Shown in pieces: positions 48,713-58,937 of a stretch of DNA of 64,000 nt. The DNA lies in assembly GCA_032128375.1 (NCBI GenBank), contig JAQBGU010000209.1, positions 1-64,000 of the forward strand, in the 5' to 3' direction. The position numbers and the translations under genes were made by a program. The notes under the pieces were generated by a model. The model did not search any database. It was not told where the DNA came from and saw only the letters and a program-made list of their open reading frames with translations. Origin of the DNA: Deltaproteobacteria bacterium (GTDB taxonomy: Bacteria; Myxococcota_A; UBA9160; SMWR01). Position 1 is the stretch's first letter. Every line of letters begins with the position of its first letter.

Positions 48713-49606
48713 TCAAGCCCGGCGGATCGACTCGCGGCCGGCGAAATCGTCAATGAATTGGCGTGCCGTTCGGCCCGATCGACTGGAACGCCGCAGTGCC
48801 CAGCGCAGCGCTTCTTCCCGCAACTCGGACGCGGGTGCTCGGATGCCCAGCTTCGCCGCGTAGTGGGAAACAATCGCGAGATAGGTGTCCTGCGTAAACG
48901 CGTAGAACCCGAGCGCGAGCCCGAATCGGTCGGAAAGTGCCAGTTTTTCGTCGATCGCCTCACCGAGCTGGAGTTCACCCTGGTTGTCGAGTCGAACTGA
49001 CTCGTTTTGCACGCCGGTCTCGGGCAACAGATGCCTGCGATTGCTGGTAGCGATGATTCGGACGTTGTCAGGAGGAGACACCAGGCTGCCCTCGAGCGCC
49101 GCCTTCAGCGCGCGATAGTCGGACTCGCCGGCATCGAACGAGAGATCGTCGCAGAACAGCAAGAAGCGATACGGGGCACCTCGCAACGCGGCGAGCACTG
49201 AGGGCAGATCCATCAGGTCGGATTTCTGAACCTCGATCATGCGCATCCCGCGGCTCGCGAAGCGGGGCAGCAAGCCCTTGACTGCTGACGACTTGCCGGT
49301 GCCTCGCTCCCCGTACAGCAAAACGTGATTGGAGGGAAAGCCAGCGACGAATTGCTCGATGTTCTCGACCAACAACGTTACCGAGCGATCCACCCCGATC
49401 AGGTCCTCGAGGTCGAACTCGATCGGTTCCTCGATCGCGAGCACACGTCCGCGCCCGCGGCGCGATTCCCAGCGAAACGCGCGGTACCGAGCGAACATCT
49501 CCTGGTTCGGGGGCTCACCGGCGAGGTCCGAAAGAACCTGCTCGGCAAGTCGGAAAATCCGGCCAAGCCGAAACCAGCGTCTCTGTTGGCTTGTATTCCG
49601 GTTCAC
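48713..49606 (-). CDS. DUF815-family AAA+ ATPase
   Basis: Walker A GERGTGKSS; FCDDLSF; ATSNRRHL; EKLALSDRFGL; RSGRTARQF. Confidence 0.92.
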   Translation of the reverse strand: MNRNTSQQRRWFRLGRIFRLAEQVLSDLAGEPPNQEMFARYRAFRWESRRGRGRVLAIEEPIEFDLEDLIGVDRSVTLLVENIEQFVAGFPSNHVLLYGERGTGKSSAVKGLLPRFASRGMRMIEVQKSDLMDLPSVLAALRGAPYRFLLFCDDLSFDAGESDYRALKAALEGSLVSPPDNVRIIATSNRRHLLPETGVQNESVRLDNQGELQLGEAIDEKLALSDRFGLALGFYAFTQDTYLAIVSHYAAKLGIRAPASELREEALRWALRRSSRSGRTARQFIDDFAGRESIRRA

Positions 49607-49685
49607 TTTTCCTTTTGACCCATGCTGGCGGATTGTAGACTGAGGCAGGCGACCGCGCGCCTGGTCGGTTACTTCGGAGCTTTTC

Positions 49686-49913
49686 GTGACGGACTTCCAA
49701 TCCCCAGGAGCAGATGAACGCGCCCGGGTGGGGCTGTGCTGTGACTGTCGCCAGGCATCGGCTCAGACGAGCGCACGCGGTAGTGCGTTCTGGCGATGTC
49801 GACTCTCTGAGACGAATTCGAAATTCATGCGGTACCCGCCGCTACCGATGCATGCGTGCGAGGGATTCGAACCCAGTTGCGATCGCAGGCCCGACGGCAA
49901 TCCTCATTCCTGA
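49686..49913 (+). CDS. Small Cys-rich conserved hypothetical protein (possible metal binding)
   Basis: GLCCDC...RGSAFWRC...RYPPLPMHACEGF; GGAG RBS. Confidence 0.6.
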   Translation: MTDFQSPGADERARVGLCCDCRQASAQTSARGSAFWRCRLSETNSKFMRYPPLPMHACEGFEPSCDRRPDGNPHS

Positions 49914-50515
49914 TCGATTTTCCAACGCTCCGGAAGAGGCTGACCGATGATCTCCAAGAAGCTCTCCAGGAAACGGTAAGTGAGACCCCAGACGACATGC
50001 CGGCCCGGCTCGCCGACCAGAATGCCGGGGAAACGGTTCCGGGTTCCACGCACCACCGGGTGCTCGATATGGAATCGCGAATCCAGAAGCGATTCGACCG
50101 GAAACCAAAAAGTCTGACGAACCTCGTGGTTCGGAACGAGCGGTTGCGGCTCGGTGACGTGAAAAACGAATGCCGAGACAACCAGTTCGCGAGCCGTCCC
50201 CGGCAGGCCTGGCGAATCGTCCAGCTGGCCGAGTAGCTCACTGTCGTCCAGTGAAAGCCCCACTTCCTCGAGCGTCTCGCGTTGTGCCGCGGCCTGGGGG
50301 CTCGCGTCAGTATCATCGACGCGACCTCCCGGGAATGCCATCTGGCCGGACCACGGATCGTCTTGCCGGTTGGCCCGCTCGATGAACAAGACCTGGAGCT
50401 CGCCCAAATGCTCGCAGAGCGCGATCGCCACCGCCGCGCGGCGTTTGGGCGGATCGGAGACGATTTGGGGTCGATACTGCGCCAATGCGCTGCGGATCTT
50501 GTCGATCGGTGCCAT
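49904..50515 (-). CDS. Nudix hydrolase, CoA pyrophosphatase type
   Basis: AAV, DPWSGQMAFPGG, Nudix box AAQRETLEEVG, VWGLT. Confidence 0.92.
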   Translation of the reverse strand: MAPIDKIRSALAQYRPQIVSDPPKRRAAVAIALCEHLGELQVLFIERANRQDDPWSGQMAFPGGRVDDTDASPQAAAQRETLEEVGLSLDDSELLGQLDDSPGLPGTARELVVSAFVFHVTEPQPLVPNHEVRQTFWFPVESLLDSRFHIEHPVVRGTRNRFPGILVGEPGRHVVWGLTYRFLESFLEIIGQPLPERWKIDQE

Positions 50516-50838
50516 GGCTCGAAGATACTCGACCCGGCAGCAGCAGGCCGCGCGCGAGCCCAGAGCCCACATACCTGCCTCTTCAGTTTTGTAGAGAGAG
50601 CCGAAGCCAAGTCGCAAAACCGCATTTCCAGGTCACCGAACGACAGACAATCGGCGGAACTTCCAGTACAACCCAGGCTTCGGAGCAAAAGGTTAGTCAG
50701 CGGCGAAGACGCGGGCTCGCGGACGGGCTGCTAAGGTATGCAGGCGGCGCCCGATTCGCGGACGCGCCGCCCGATTCGCGGACGATGCGATCGACACGCC
50801 TACCGTTGAACACGGATCGGCGAGCGGGGCCGGCAACG

Positions 50839-51999
50839 ATGGCCGATGGCACACTTGGCACCAGTACCAGTGGCATCAGCAAGCGCGTACTCGCAGTGGC
50901 GATCAACGACCGAGCCGGGGCAACTGCGCAGCTCAGCCACTTGGATCTCGACGCGCAGGTCGCGTTGGTCTGCAGCACACCGTTGTCGCGCCGCAGCGAG
51001 ATGCTGGGCTTGCTGCCGCGGCCCGAAGACGTGATCCCGTTGATACCCGAGGCGGAACTCTGCTTCACCGTGAAAGCGATGGGCATCAGCGATGCCGTCT
51101 GGCTGCTCGACTACTCGACCGTCGAACAGGTCGTGGCGTGTGTCGACCTCGACATCTGGAAGGGAACACTACCGGATCGCGATGCGCTCGACTCTTGGTT
51201 GGACGCACTCGCCGAGGGCGACGAAGAACATTTCTTGCGTTCGGTGCTCGGGCTCGATCCCGAGATCGTCGTGATGTACTTGAAGCACCGAGTCCACTGC
51301 ATCCAGAAGCCCGACGACGACGACGATTGGGAAGACCCCGACGGCGGTCTGACGATCGACGGCCAGTTTTATCTGGTCCCGATCCGGGAAGACGACGACA
51401 TCGCTTCGATCATCGTCATGCTGAAGTCGTTGTTCGTCGGGGACTATTGGACGTACTTCCGAATGATGCTCGCGGTCATTCATGAACTCGATTCCGCCAA
51501 CGAAGAATGGGCGCTGCGCTGGCGAACTGGGCGGCTCGAAGACCTGGGCTTCCCCCCCTGGGATCGAGCCATGCGAATCTACAATTTCATTCGGCCACAG
51601 GAGCGCACGCTAATTGACGACGGAACCGACCCGTTCGATGTAAACGCGTGGGACCTTCCGATTTGGCTACCGAGGCTCCCTACGACGCTCGACCACGAGT
51701 ACCTGTTGTTTCGAACTCTGGCGCAACTAGACGAACAGCAGCGCAAGGCTGCGCTGTTCACCTTTTTCGCGCTCGCCAACAAGGTCGCAGTCGCCGACCG
51801 CATGGAGCTGTCGGACGCGGAGTCTACGCCACGCGCGATCGACAAAGCGGCGAGGTTCGCATCGGCGGGCCTGGCGCATATCTGTGAGAGCAGCGGACGT
51901 GATCCGGTCGATGTAATCGGGAAGGTGGTGGTCGAGCGGTTGTTCTCGGTGGGGGCCAATCTGGACCCAGAAGCGTCCAAACCCGGCCCCTTCTTGTAG
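50839..51999 (+). CDS. DUF6178-like conserved protein; start uncertain
   Basis: Acidic helical protein; CVDLDIW, TIDGQF, EEWALRWRTGRLEDLGFP, LANKVAVAD patterns. Confidence 0.7.
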   Translation: MADGTLGTSTSGISKRVLAVAINDRAGATAQLSHLDLDAQVALVCSTPLSRRSEMLGLLPRPEDVIPLIPEAELCFTVKAMGISDAVWLLDYSTVEQVVACVDLDIWKGTLPDRDALDSWLDALAEGDEEHFLRSVLGLDPEIVVMYLKHRVHCIQKPDDDDDWEDPDGGLTIDGQFYLVPIREDDDIASIIVMLKSLFVGDYWTYFRMMLAVIHELDSANEEWALRWRTGRLEDLGFPPWDRAMRIYNFIRPQERTLIDDGTDPFDVNAWDLPIWLPRLPTTLDHEYLLFRTLAQLDEQQRKAALFTFFALANKVAVADRMELSDAESTPRAIDKAARFASAGLAHICESSGRDPVDVIGKVVVERLFSVGANLDPEASKPGPFL

Positions 52000-52046
52000 A
52001 CAGGACATTCTCTGGACCAGCTCTGAGCCAAGAAGCAGACAAGGAA

Positions 52047-52075
52047 AAGGCCCGCCGATCAGATCGGCGAGCCTT
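52047..52075 (-). terminator. Rho-independent terminator of the histone-like gene
   Basis: Minus strand AAGGCTCGCCGATC-T-GATCGGCGGGCCTT followed by TTCCTT, ~45 nt after the stop. Confidence 0.7.
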
Positions 52076-52120
52076 CGGAAGCCTTGCTTCGAGCTTCATT
52101 TACATCCGGATCGTCTGCGA

Positions 52121-52330
52121 TTACAGATCGACGGGCTTCAGGGTCTTGCGCTTGTTGCCGATTGCGCGCGCTTCGGCGGCAGCAATCATGTCGCGAACGA
52201 CCTTGTCCAGTGCGCCGTAGAAGTCGCTACTCACATTGCATTTCTTGGTCGCAGCCTTCGTGCGCGACTTCGAGATGATCAGGTCGCCAGCCTTCTTCGT
52301 TGTTGCTGCCTTCTTTTTCTTTGCTGCCAT
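52121..52330 (-). CDS. Bacterial histone-fold protein (69 aa) with Lys-rich N-terminal tail
   Basis: MAAKKKKAATTKKAG tail, then LIISKSRTK (a1), NVSSD (L1), long a2, NKRKTLKPVDL (L2 RKT and R-D clamp); GGAGG RBS. Confidence 0.85.
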   Translation of the reverse strand: MAAKKKKAATTKKAGDLIISKSRTKAATKKCNVSSDFYGALDKVVRDMIAAAEARAIGNKRKTLKPVDL

Positions 52331-52601
52331 GCGTTCCTCCAATGCACCGGTTCAGTTCTTTGTTCGCTTGCGAGCAAAGCCGGCATTCACCCCCATGACG
52401 TGCCGTACGGCATGGTTTAGGCGCGCAGCATAGGCGTTATCGCGGCCTTCGCAATCAGAAAACAGCCTCCAGAGGCTCTGAAACGCCGTTTTTCGTGACT
52501 TGGCGGATCGAAGGATTCTCCCAACGAGTCGCGCAACGCTGGTATGCTGCGAATTCCTGGAGCGGAACAATGTCCGCTGCCGACGAGGAACCTCCACTTC
52601 C

Positions 52602-54020
52602 ATGGACTCTCAACACGACGATCTTGTGTATCGCCCCCTTCACGAACTGATCGGACTGCTGGCCGCTGGCGATCTGTCGCCGCTCGAATTGATGGAGACG
52701 GTTCTCACCCGCATCGATTCGACGCACGAGAACATCAACGCGTTCGTGGCGTTGCGTGATCGTGACGAGCTGCGCGCGGATGCCGACGCCGCTGGCGAAC
52801 GCATCGCGCGGGGCGAGGGACGGCTTCTGGAAGGCATCCCGCTGGGCGTAAAGGACTTAGAAGACGCGCAGGGCCTCGTCACGTCGATGGGCTCGATCCC
52901 GTACAAGGACAACACCGCTACCGCAGATTCCGTTCAAGTCGCACGACTCCGCGCCGCCGGCGCGATTGTGGTCGGCAAGACCAACGCTCCCGAGTTCGGC
53001 TACACCGCAATCACGAAAAACCTGCTGTTTGGCGCGACCCGCAACCCTTGGGACCTCGATCGCACGCCTGGGGGGTCGAGTGGCGGATCTTCGGCGGCGA
53101 TCTGCGGCGGTGTCATCCCGCTTGCGACTGGCAGCGACGGTGGTGGCTCGGTCCGTCTTCCGGCTTCGTTCACCGGCTGTTTCGGTCTCAAGCCTAGTTA
53201 TGGCCGAATCCCACACGAAACAGTGCAAGCATGGCCGATGAGTGACACAGCCGTGCACGGTCCGATCACGCGCTGCGTAGAAGACGCAGCACTGCATCTC
53301 GATGCGGTAGTGGGGAGCCATCCACTCGATCCCAATTCCCTGCCTCACCCGGGGATTGCGTACCGCGAAATACTGGCCGACTTGCCGACGGGGCTTCGCA
53401 TCGGCTACTCGGCCGACCTGGGCTTTGCCGTCGTACAGGCAGATGTGGCGTCCATTGTGTTCGACGCAGCGCGGAGCTTCGAGGCGATGGGGCACCATTT
53501 CGAAGAGCTGAAGGAAGGGATTCCAGAAATGGGACGCGACTGGGGGATGGTCGGCGCATTCGAACAGTTGGGCCAGCTCGGCCATCTGCTTCCCGATCGC
53601 GAGGACGATTTCGGACGCTCTTTCATTGCCGGCGTGAAGACCGGTACAAAAATGAACGCCGAGACCTGGGGTCAAGTGCGACGCCGTCGCGCAGACCTCA
53701 ACCGCTGGTGCGCTGCGATATTCGACCGCTTCGACCTGCTGCTCACTCCGACAGTACCCTTCGATCCGCCACCTGCACGCGGCCCGTTTCCGAGCCAGAC
53801 CGACGGACGCCCCCAACCGCCGGTTGGCGTCGCGAGTTTTACGATTCCGTTCAATCTTTCGTGGCACCCCGCGGCGACCGTCCGCGCCGGATTCTCGCTG
53901 GCGGGCTTGCCGGTGGGATTGCAGATCGTCGGGCCACGCCACCGAGACGACCTGGTGCTACAGGCCGCGTATGCGTACGAACGCGAAAGGCCATGGGCCG
54001 ACCGCTGGCCGACTCTCTAG
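52602..54020 (+). CDS. Amidase signature family protein
   Basis: GIPLGVKD, GKTNAPEFG, PGGSSGGS, GSDGGGSVRLPA, GLPVGLQ. Confidence 0.95.
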   Translation: MDSQHDDLVYRPLHELIGLLAAGDLSPLELMETVLTRIDSTHENINAFVALRDRDELRADADAAGERIARGEGRLLEGIPLGVKDLEDAQGLVTSMGSIPYKDNTATADSVQVARLRAAGAIVVGKTNAPEFGYTAITKNLLFGATRNPWDLDRTPGGSSGGSSAAICGGVIPLATGSDGGGSVRLPASFTGCFGLKPSYGRIPHETVQAWPMSDTAVHGPITRCVEDAALHLDAVVGSHPLDPNSLPHPGIAYREILADLPTGLRIGYSADLGFAVVQADVASIVFDAARSFEAMGHHFEELKEGIPEMGRDWGMVGAFEQLGQLGHLLPDREDDFGRSFIAGVKTGTKMNAETWGQVRRRRADLNRWCAAIFDRFDLLLTPTVPFDPPPARGPFPSQTDGRPQPPVGVASFTIPFNLSWHPAATVRAGFSLAGLPVGLQIVGPRHRDDLVLQAAYAYERERPWADRWPTL

Positions 54021-54114
54021 TCTACTCGCCGACGCCATGCCAGCGCTTTTCGCAGACGGCGACGCTGAGAAAATCTCACCCGTCCGAGCGGGGCAGTCGC
54101 GATAGGATGTCGCG

Positions 54115-55137
54115 ATGCACTCGATTGATCTACGCAGCGACACCGTAACCCGTCGCACGCAGGCCATGCGCGACGCGATGGCTACCGCGCAGGTGGGTGA
54201 TGACGTCTACGGTGAAGATCCGACCGTCAACCGACTACAACAGACAGCCGCTCGCCTGTTGGGGAAAGAATCTGCGCTGTTCGTCCCGTCCGGCACAATG
54301 GGCAACCAGGTCTGCATCGCCGCGCAAACGCGAATGGGCGATGTCATGCTAGCTGGAACGGGTGCGCACGTTCTTCTGTACGAAGGGAGCGCACCCGCAG
54401 CGTTGTGGGGAGTGCAGATCAACCCGATTGGAAGCGCGGGCATGTTCGGCCGCGCTGACGTGCTCGCAGCCATCGCCCCCGATGACGCCCACTACGGACC
54501 CACACGACTGCTGGTGGTCGAGAATACCCACAACCGCAGTGGCGGCCGAGTCTTCCCGCTCGATCTGTTGCGCGAGGCCACCGGTGCTGCGAGAGAAAGA
54601 GGCCTTGCGGTGCACCTCGACGGCGCCCGACTTTTCAACGCAGTTGCTGCCACACAGATCCCCGCCGCCGTCTGGGCCGAGCCGTTCGACACGGTCACAT
54701 TCTGTCTATCGAAGGGGCTCGGAGCGCCGGTCGGTTCGGTGGTGGCAGGCTCGGCCAACTCGATTCATCAGGCGCACCGGGCGCGAAAGCGATTGGGCGG
54801 CGGGATGCGGCAGGCCGGAATTCTCGCTGCGGCCGGGTTGTATGCGCTCGAGAACCATGTCGAGCGGCTGGCGGATGACCACGCCAACGCACTGCGGTTC
54901 GCGCTCGGGCTCGAGAAACTCGGAATCACCGTCGATCCCGCGCCCGAGACCAACATGGTGTTGTTTCGTGTCGAACAGACGCGCCAATTTGCGTCCGAAT
55001 TGCACAAGCGCTCGTTGCTGATCAACCCGGTGGGGGCGCACGAGTACCGGGCCGTGACCCATCTCGATGTGAGCGAGAACGACATCGACGATGCACTGGG
55101 TCGCATCGGAGAAATCGTCGCGTCTGGCGTTCGGTAG
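54115..55137 (+). CDS. ltaE: Low-specificity L-threonine aldolase
   Basis: DLRSDTVT, VGDDVYGEDPTV, SGTMGN, ENTHN, HLDGAR, CLSKGLGAPVGS, GGGMRQAG. Confidence 0.95.
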   Translation: MHSIDLRSDTVTRRTQAMRDAMATAQVGDDVYGEDPTVNRLQQTAARLLGKESALFVPSGTMGNQVCIAAQTRMGDVMLAGTGAHVLLYEGSAPAALWGVQINPIGSAGMFGRADVLAAIAPDDAHYGPTRLLVVENTHNRSGGRVFPLDLLREATGAARERGLAVHLDGARLFNAVAATQIPAAVWAEPFDTVTFCLSKGLGAPVGSVVAGSANSIHQAHRARKRLGGGMRQAGILAAAGLYALENHVERLADDHANALRFALGLEKLGITVDPAPETNMVLFRVEQTRQFASELHKRSLLINPVGAHEYRAVTHLDVSENDIDDALGRIGEIVASGVR

Positions 55138-55189
55138 AGCCCGAGTGTTCCGGGTGTAAGGTTCGCCGGTGAACTTCAGACTCGGAACA

Positions 55190-55882
55190 CTAAGGTCGCA
55201 GATTGTACTTCAAGATGCACCAGACCGCGCGCACACCGTCCTTCCAACCAATCTTCTTCCCCTCGGAATACGTTCGGCCTGCGTACGAGATGCCGACCTC
55301 GTACACGCGACAGTGTAATCTCGCGACCTTGGCAGTGATCTCGGGCTCGAAACCGAACCGGTCTTCCTCAATCTGGATCTGTTGGATGATTTCCCTACGG
55401 AAGACTTTGTAACAGACCTCCATGTCCGTCAGGTTCAAGTCGGTCAACATGTTCGAAAGTAGCGTCAACAGCCGATTGACCACGGAGTGCCAGAAGTAGA
55501 AGACGCGATGAGATTCGCCTCCCACGAAGCGCGAACCAAACACCACATCGGCCTTGCCTTCGAGAATCGGCGCGAGCAGTTTTTCGTATTCCCGAGGATC
55601 ATATTCGAGATCGGCATCTTGGATCAGCACGATGTCGCCCGTGGCGACGGCGAAACCGGTTCGAAGAGCCGCCCCTTTCCCAGCGTTTTGCGCGTGGAAA
55701 ATCACCCTCGAGACACGCGATTCCAGTTTGGTCCGGATCAGTTCCGCCGTGCCATCGGTCGAGGCGTCATCGACGATGATGATCTCTTTGTCCTGTACCT
55801 GCGAATCCAACACGGCATCGATGACTTGTTCGAGAGTCGTGATTTCGTTGTAGCAGGGGATTACGATCGACACTGCCGGCAT
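55190..55882 (-). CDS. GT2 glycosyltransferase (polyprenol-phosphate glycosyltransferase type)
   Basis: [53 protein letters not shown]. Confidence 0.93.
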   Translation of the reverse strand: MPAVSIVIPCYNEITTLEQVIDAVLDSQVQDKEIIIVDDASTDGTAELIRTKLESRVSRVIFHAQNAGKGAALRTGFAVATGDIVLIQDADLEYDPREYEKLLAPILEGKADVVFGSRFVGGESHRVFYFWHSVVNRLLTLLSNMLTDLNLTDMEVCYKVFRREIIQQIQIEEDRFGFEPEITAKVARLHCRVYEVGISYAGRTYSEGKKIGWKDGVRAVWCILKYNLRP

Positions 55883-56006
55883 TGGTGGTTGGGACCCTCT
55901 CAACGTGTCACGATGCGTGACTGCTGATGTTCACGCGTCTTCGCGTATCTTCACACCAGTTCGCGATTGCGGTGCGGCACCGAAAGGCTAACACGAAATG
56001 GGGGAC

Positions 56007-56604
56007 ACGACCCCCAGCACCCACCGTCGCCTTGTCCACCCTCACTTCGAAATGCTGGACCCGCTGGTCGTGCTCACGTATATCGCCGCACACACAAAGA
56101 CACTCCGGCTCGGAACCGGGATCATCATCTTGCCGCAACGGAACCCGTTGGTGGTCGCGAAGCACTTGGCCCGTCTAGATGTCGTGTCGCGCGGTCGCCG
56201 AGCCCGCTTACCACGGCCCATTTGTGCGATATTCCGGCATCCAGGCCAAGCCCAATCCGCTTCGAGCGGCGGGACCACTGGTCGTCATCGGCGGACACAG
56301 CCCGGCTGCGTTCCGCCGAGCAGTGGAACACGGTAACGGCTGGTTCGGTTTTGCACTCGATGCCGACAAGACCCAGAGTGTCGCGCAGCAATCCAGCAGG
56401 CGAGCCGCAAGTACCAGCGACCGCCAGAGCCTGGGAGCACTCGAAATTAGTGTTGCTCCGCTCGTGAAACTTTCAGCGGATGAGGTCCATCGTTTCGAAG
56501 ATCTCGGCGTCGATCGGATGGTGCTGTTGTTGCCGCGAAGTTGGAAACCCGACGAAATCGTGGATTTCATCGAGAAGACCGCTGCGCTGATCAGTCCGAG
56601 CTGA
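56007..56604 (+). pseudogene. Disrupted LLM-class (luciferase-like, F420-type) oxidoreductase
   Basis: MLDPLVVLTYIAAHTKTLRLGTGIIILPQRNP...LDVVSRGR jumps frame at ~56197 to AEPAYHG...VIGGHSPAAFRRAVEHGNGW; N-terminus and a central segment are missing. Confidence 0.8.
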
Positions 56605-58780
56605 CCGGGTCCGAACGGACTCGGGATAGGAACTGTTCAAACTCTTCGGCTGGCACCGGGCCGCTGAACAAGAAGCCCTGCATCTCGTCGCAACCCTGTT
56701 CGTTCAAAAAGACCGCTTGCGCCTCGAGATCGACACCTTCCGCAACGACCCTCAGACCCAGACCCTGCGCCATGCTGATTACGGCGGTGGTGATCGCGCC
56801 AGTCGCGGAATCCGAATCCGCGTCGCGCACGAACGAGCGGTCCATCTTCAGTGAGTCCAATGGAAAGTTGGCGATGAAGCTCAGCGACGAGTAGCCGGTT
56901 CCAAAATCGTCGAGAGCTACCTTGACCCCGATATGCCGCAGGTCCCGCAAGACCACTGCGATCGCTTCTGCGTCGTGCAGCATCACACTCTCTGTGATCT
57001 CAATTTCCAAGTAACACGGTTCTAGACCAGTTTCCTGCAGGACTGCAGCGATCACCGAACCGATGTTCTGGCGCTGAAACTGCACGATCGACGCGTTCAC
57101 AGCGACGCGGATCGGCTCGAAGCCGGCTTCCTGCCAGGCTTTGTTCTGGCGGCACGCAGTCCGCAACACCCACTCACCGATCGGCAGGATCAAGCCCGTC
57201 TCTTCGCAGATGGGAATGAACTCGCTGGGCGACACCACGCCCAATTCCTCATTCGTCCAACGCAGCAATCCCTCCATGCCGATGACACGACGCGTGGCCA
57301 GATCGACCTTGGGCTGATAGAGCATTCGCAGCTCATCGCGCTCGATAGCGTGACGCAGCTGACGCTCGAGCAGGAACCGGCGGTCGCTCGCCGCATCCAT
57401 CGACGCTTTGTAGAACCGGTAACCGTTGCGCCCGGCTTGCTTCACCGAGTTCATTGCGCGATCGGCGTGCTGCAGCAGCCCTTCGGAACACGCAGCGTCT
57501 GCCGGGAACACAGCGATCCCGATACTCGCCGTAACCGTTATTTCGTGCCGGTCGATACGGATCGGCGCGGTGATTTCGGCGAGCAGCCGCTCGGCGATGT
57601 CACCGACCACTTCCGCGTCGCGAAGCTTCGGCAGAATGATCGAAAATTCGTCTCCTCCGAGCCGGGATACCGAGTTTTCCGGCTCAAACGGCTCCGAATC
57701 CGCCATCTCGAACCGGCCCAGGATGTCGTTGCGGCGAACGTATTCGCTCAGACGCTCCGCGAGGATCTGGAGAACCCGATCGCCCGCCGAGTGACCGAGC
57801 GAGTCGTTGAGCCGCTTGAAGCGATCGAGGTCGATGTAGAGCAGCGCCAGCAGTAAGTCGTTCTCGATCGATTCGGCGATCTCCCTTTCGAGTTGCTCAT
57901 TGAAGTAACGCCGATTCGAAAGCCCAGTGAGGCCGTCGAATTTCTCCAAATAGCAGTTTCGTTCTTCCGCTTCGTGCTGATCGGTGATGTCTTGAATCGT
58001 CCCGGCAACGTACGAGTCGGGCTCGTCATCGCCTTGGATCGATTCACCTCGTAACCGCACGTATCGGACGCCCCCGCCCGGAAGCACGATCCTCTGCTGA
58101 ATCGCAAAGTGTCCCTGTGTTGCCAGCGCCTCGCCGATTTCCTCACGTGCGGCCTGGCGTTCGTCGGGGTGAGCCGATTGCCAGAACTGCTGATAACTTG
58201 CCTCGCTGAGCTTCGGATCCAACCCGAGAATTACGAAAACCGCTGGCGACCAGTGCATGTCCTTGGTCGTGCGTCTCCACTCCCAGCTCCCAAGCCCGGC
58301 GATTCGGGCTGCAGTCGCGAGCGACGCCGCACCACGACGAACTTGGCCAACGTCTTTGTTCGCACGCATCAGATAGGCGACCCGGGTCCCGAGTAGCCGC
58401 CAACTGAGGGGCCTGTTGATGAAATCCGATGCACCGGCGTCTAGCGCTTCACGTATCTCCTTGACGCTTTGCGTCGAAGCCATCACCAATACCGGCGTAT
58501 GTCTCGCAACCAACGATTCGCATTCTCGTTCGCGCTGCCGAAGGCTTCGGCAGAACTCGATGCCGAGAGATTCCGGCGGCGAAAGTTCCAGAAGCACCAG
58601 GTCGGGTTCGCGCTGCTCGCAAATCTCGAGCGCCTCGCGCCCATCGGCGGCATCGATGACCGAGTACCCCTCGTTTTCGAGTGCTTCCCGCGCGAGGGTT
58701 CTGATGAGCCGATCCCCGTCGACAACCAGGATCAACCCGTTAGAACCCTTTGCGGCCAAGCGTGACATCTCTGTGTTCAT
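56591..58780 (-). CDS. REC-PAS-GGDEF-EAL c-di-GMP signalling protein with degenerate receiver domain
   Basis: GSWEW...HPDE PAS; DLDRFKRLNDSLGH and RLGGDEF; EGLLRW, EITES, DDFGTGYSS, LKMD, AEGV. Confidence 0.93.
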   Translation of the reverse strand: MNTEMSRLAAKGSNGLILVVDGDRLIRTLAREALENEGYSVIDAADGREALEICEQREPDLVLLELSPPESLGIEFCRSLRQRERECESLVARHTPVLVMASTQSVKEIREALDAGASDFINRPLSWRLLGTRVAYLMRANKDVGQVRRGAASLATAARIAGLGSWEWRRTTKDMHWSPAVFVILGLDPKLSEASYQQFWQSAHPDERQAAREEIGEALATQGHFAIQQRIVLPGGGVRYVRLRGESIQGDDEPDSYVAGTIQDITDQHEAEERNCYLEKFDGLTGLSNRRYFNEQLEREIAESIENDLLLALLYIDLDRFKRLNDSLGHSAGDRVLQILAERLSEYVRRNDILGRFEMADSEPFEPENSVSRLGGDEFSIILPKLRDAEVVGDIAERLLAEITAPIRIDRHEITVTASIGIAVFPADAACSEGLLQHADRAMNSVKQAGRNGYRFYKASMDAASDRRFLLERQLRHAIERDELRMLYQPKVDLATRRVIGMEGLLRWTNEELGVVSPSEFIPICEETGLILPIGEWVLRTACRQNKAWQEAGFEPIRVAVNASIVQFQRQNIGSVIAAVLQETGLEPCYLEIEITESVMLHDAEAIAVVLRDLRHIGVKVALDDFGTGYSSLSFIANFPLDSLKMDRSFVRDADSDSATGAITTAVISMAQGLGLRVVAEGVDLEAQAVFLNEQGCDEMQGFLFSGPVPAEEFEQFLSRVRSDPVSSD

Positions 58781-58937
58781 CGACCTGCCGGAGCTTTGGA
58801 TCAATCGATTATCGGCGTATCGGTAGATGCGCGTGAATGATGGCGTTGAAGAGTTGAACAAATACGATGATCTTCGGGTCCAGATGCGGTCTGGTGGCCT
58901 GCTACTGTATCGCGCACCAAAACCGGGAGATGCATTG

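Noticed and set aside
1645..48978. Long antisense or alternative-frame ORFs (e.g. 1645-2733, 4001-4873, 10257-11327, 12541-13587, 40295-41557, 44072-45358, 47788-48978)
   Set aside because: Shadow ORFs of well-supported genes in high-GC DNA, with no recognisable motifs
49855..49925. GGGTTCGAATCCC on the minus strand resembling a tRNA T-arm
   Set aside because: No acceptor, D or anticodon arms can be built, and it lies within a plausible small CDS (EGFEP)
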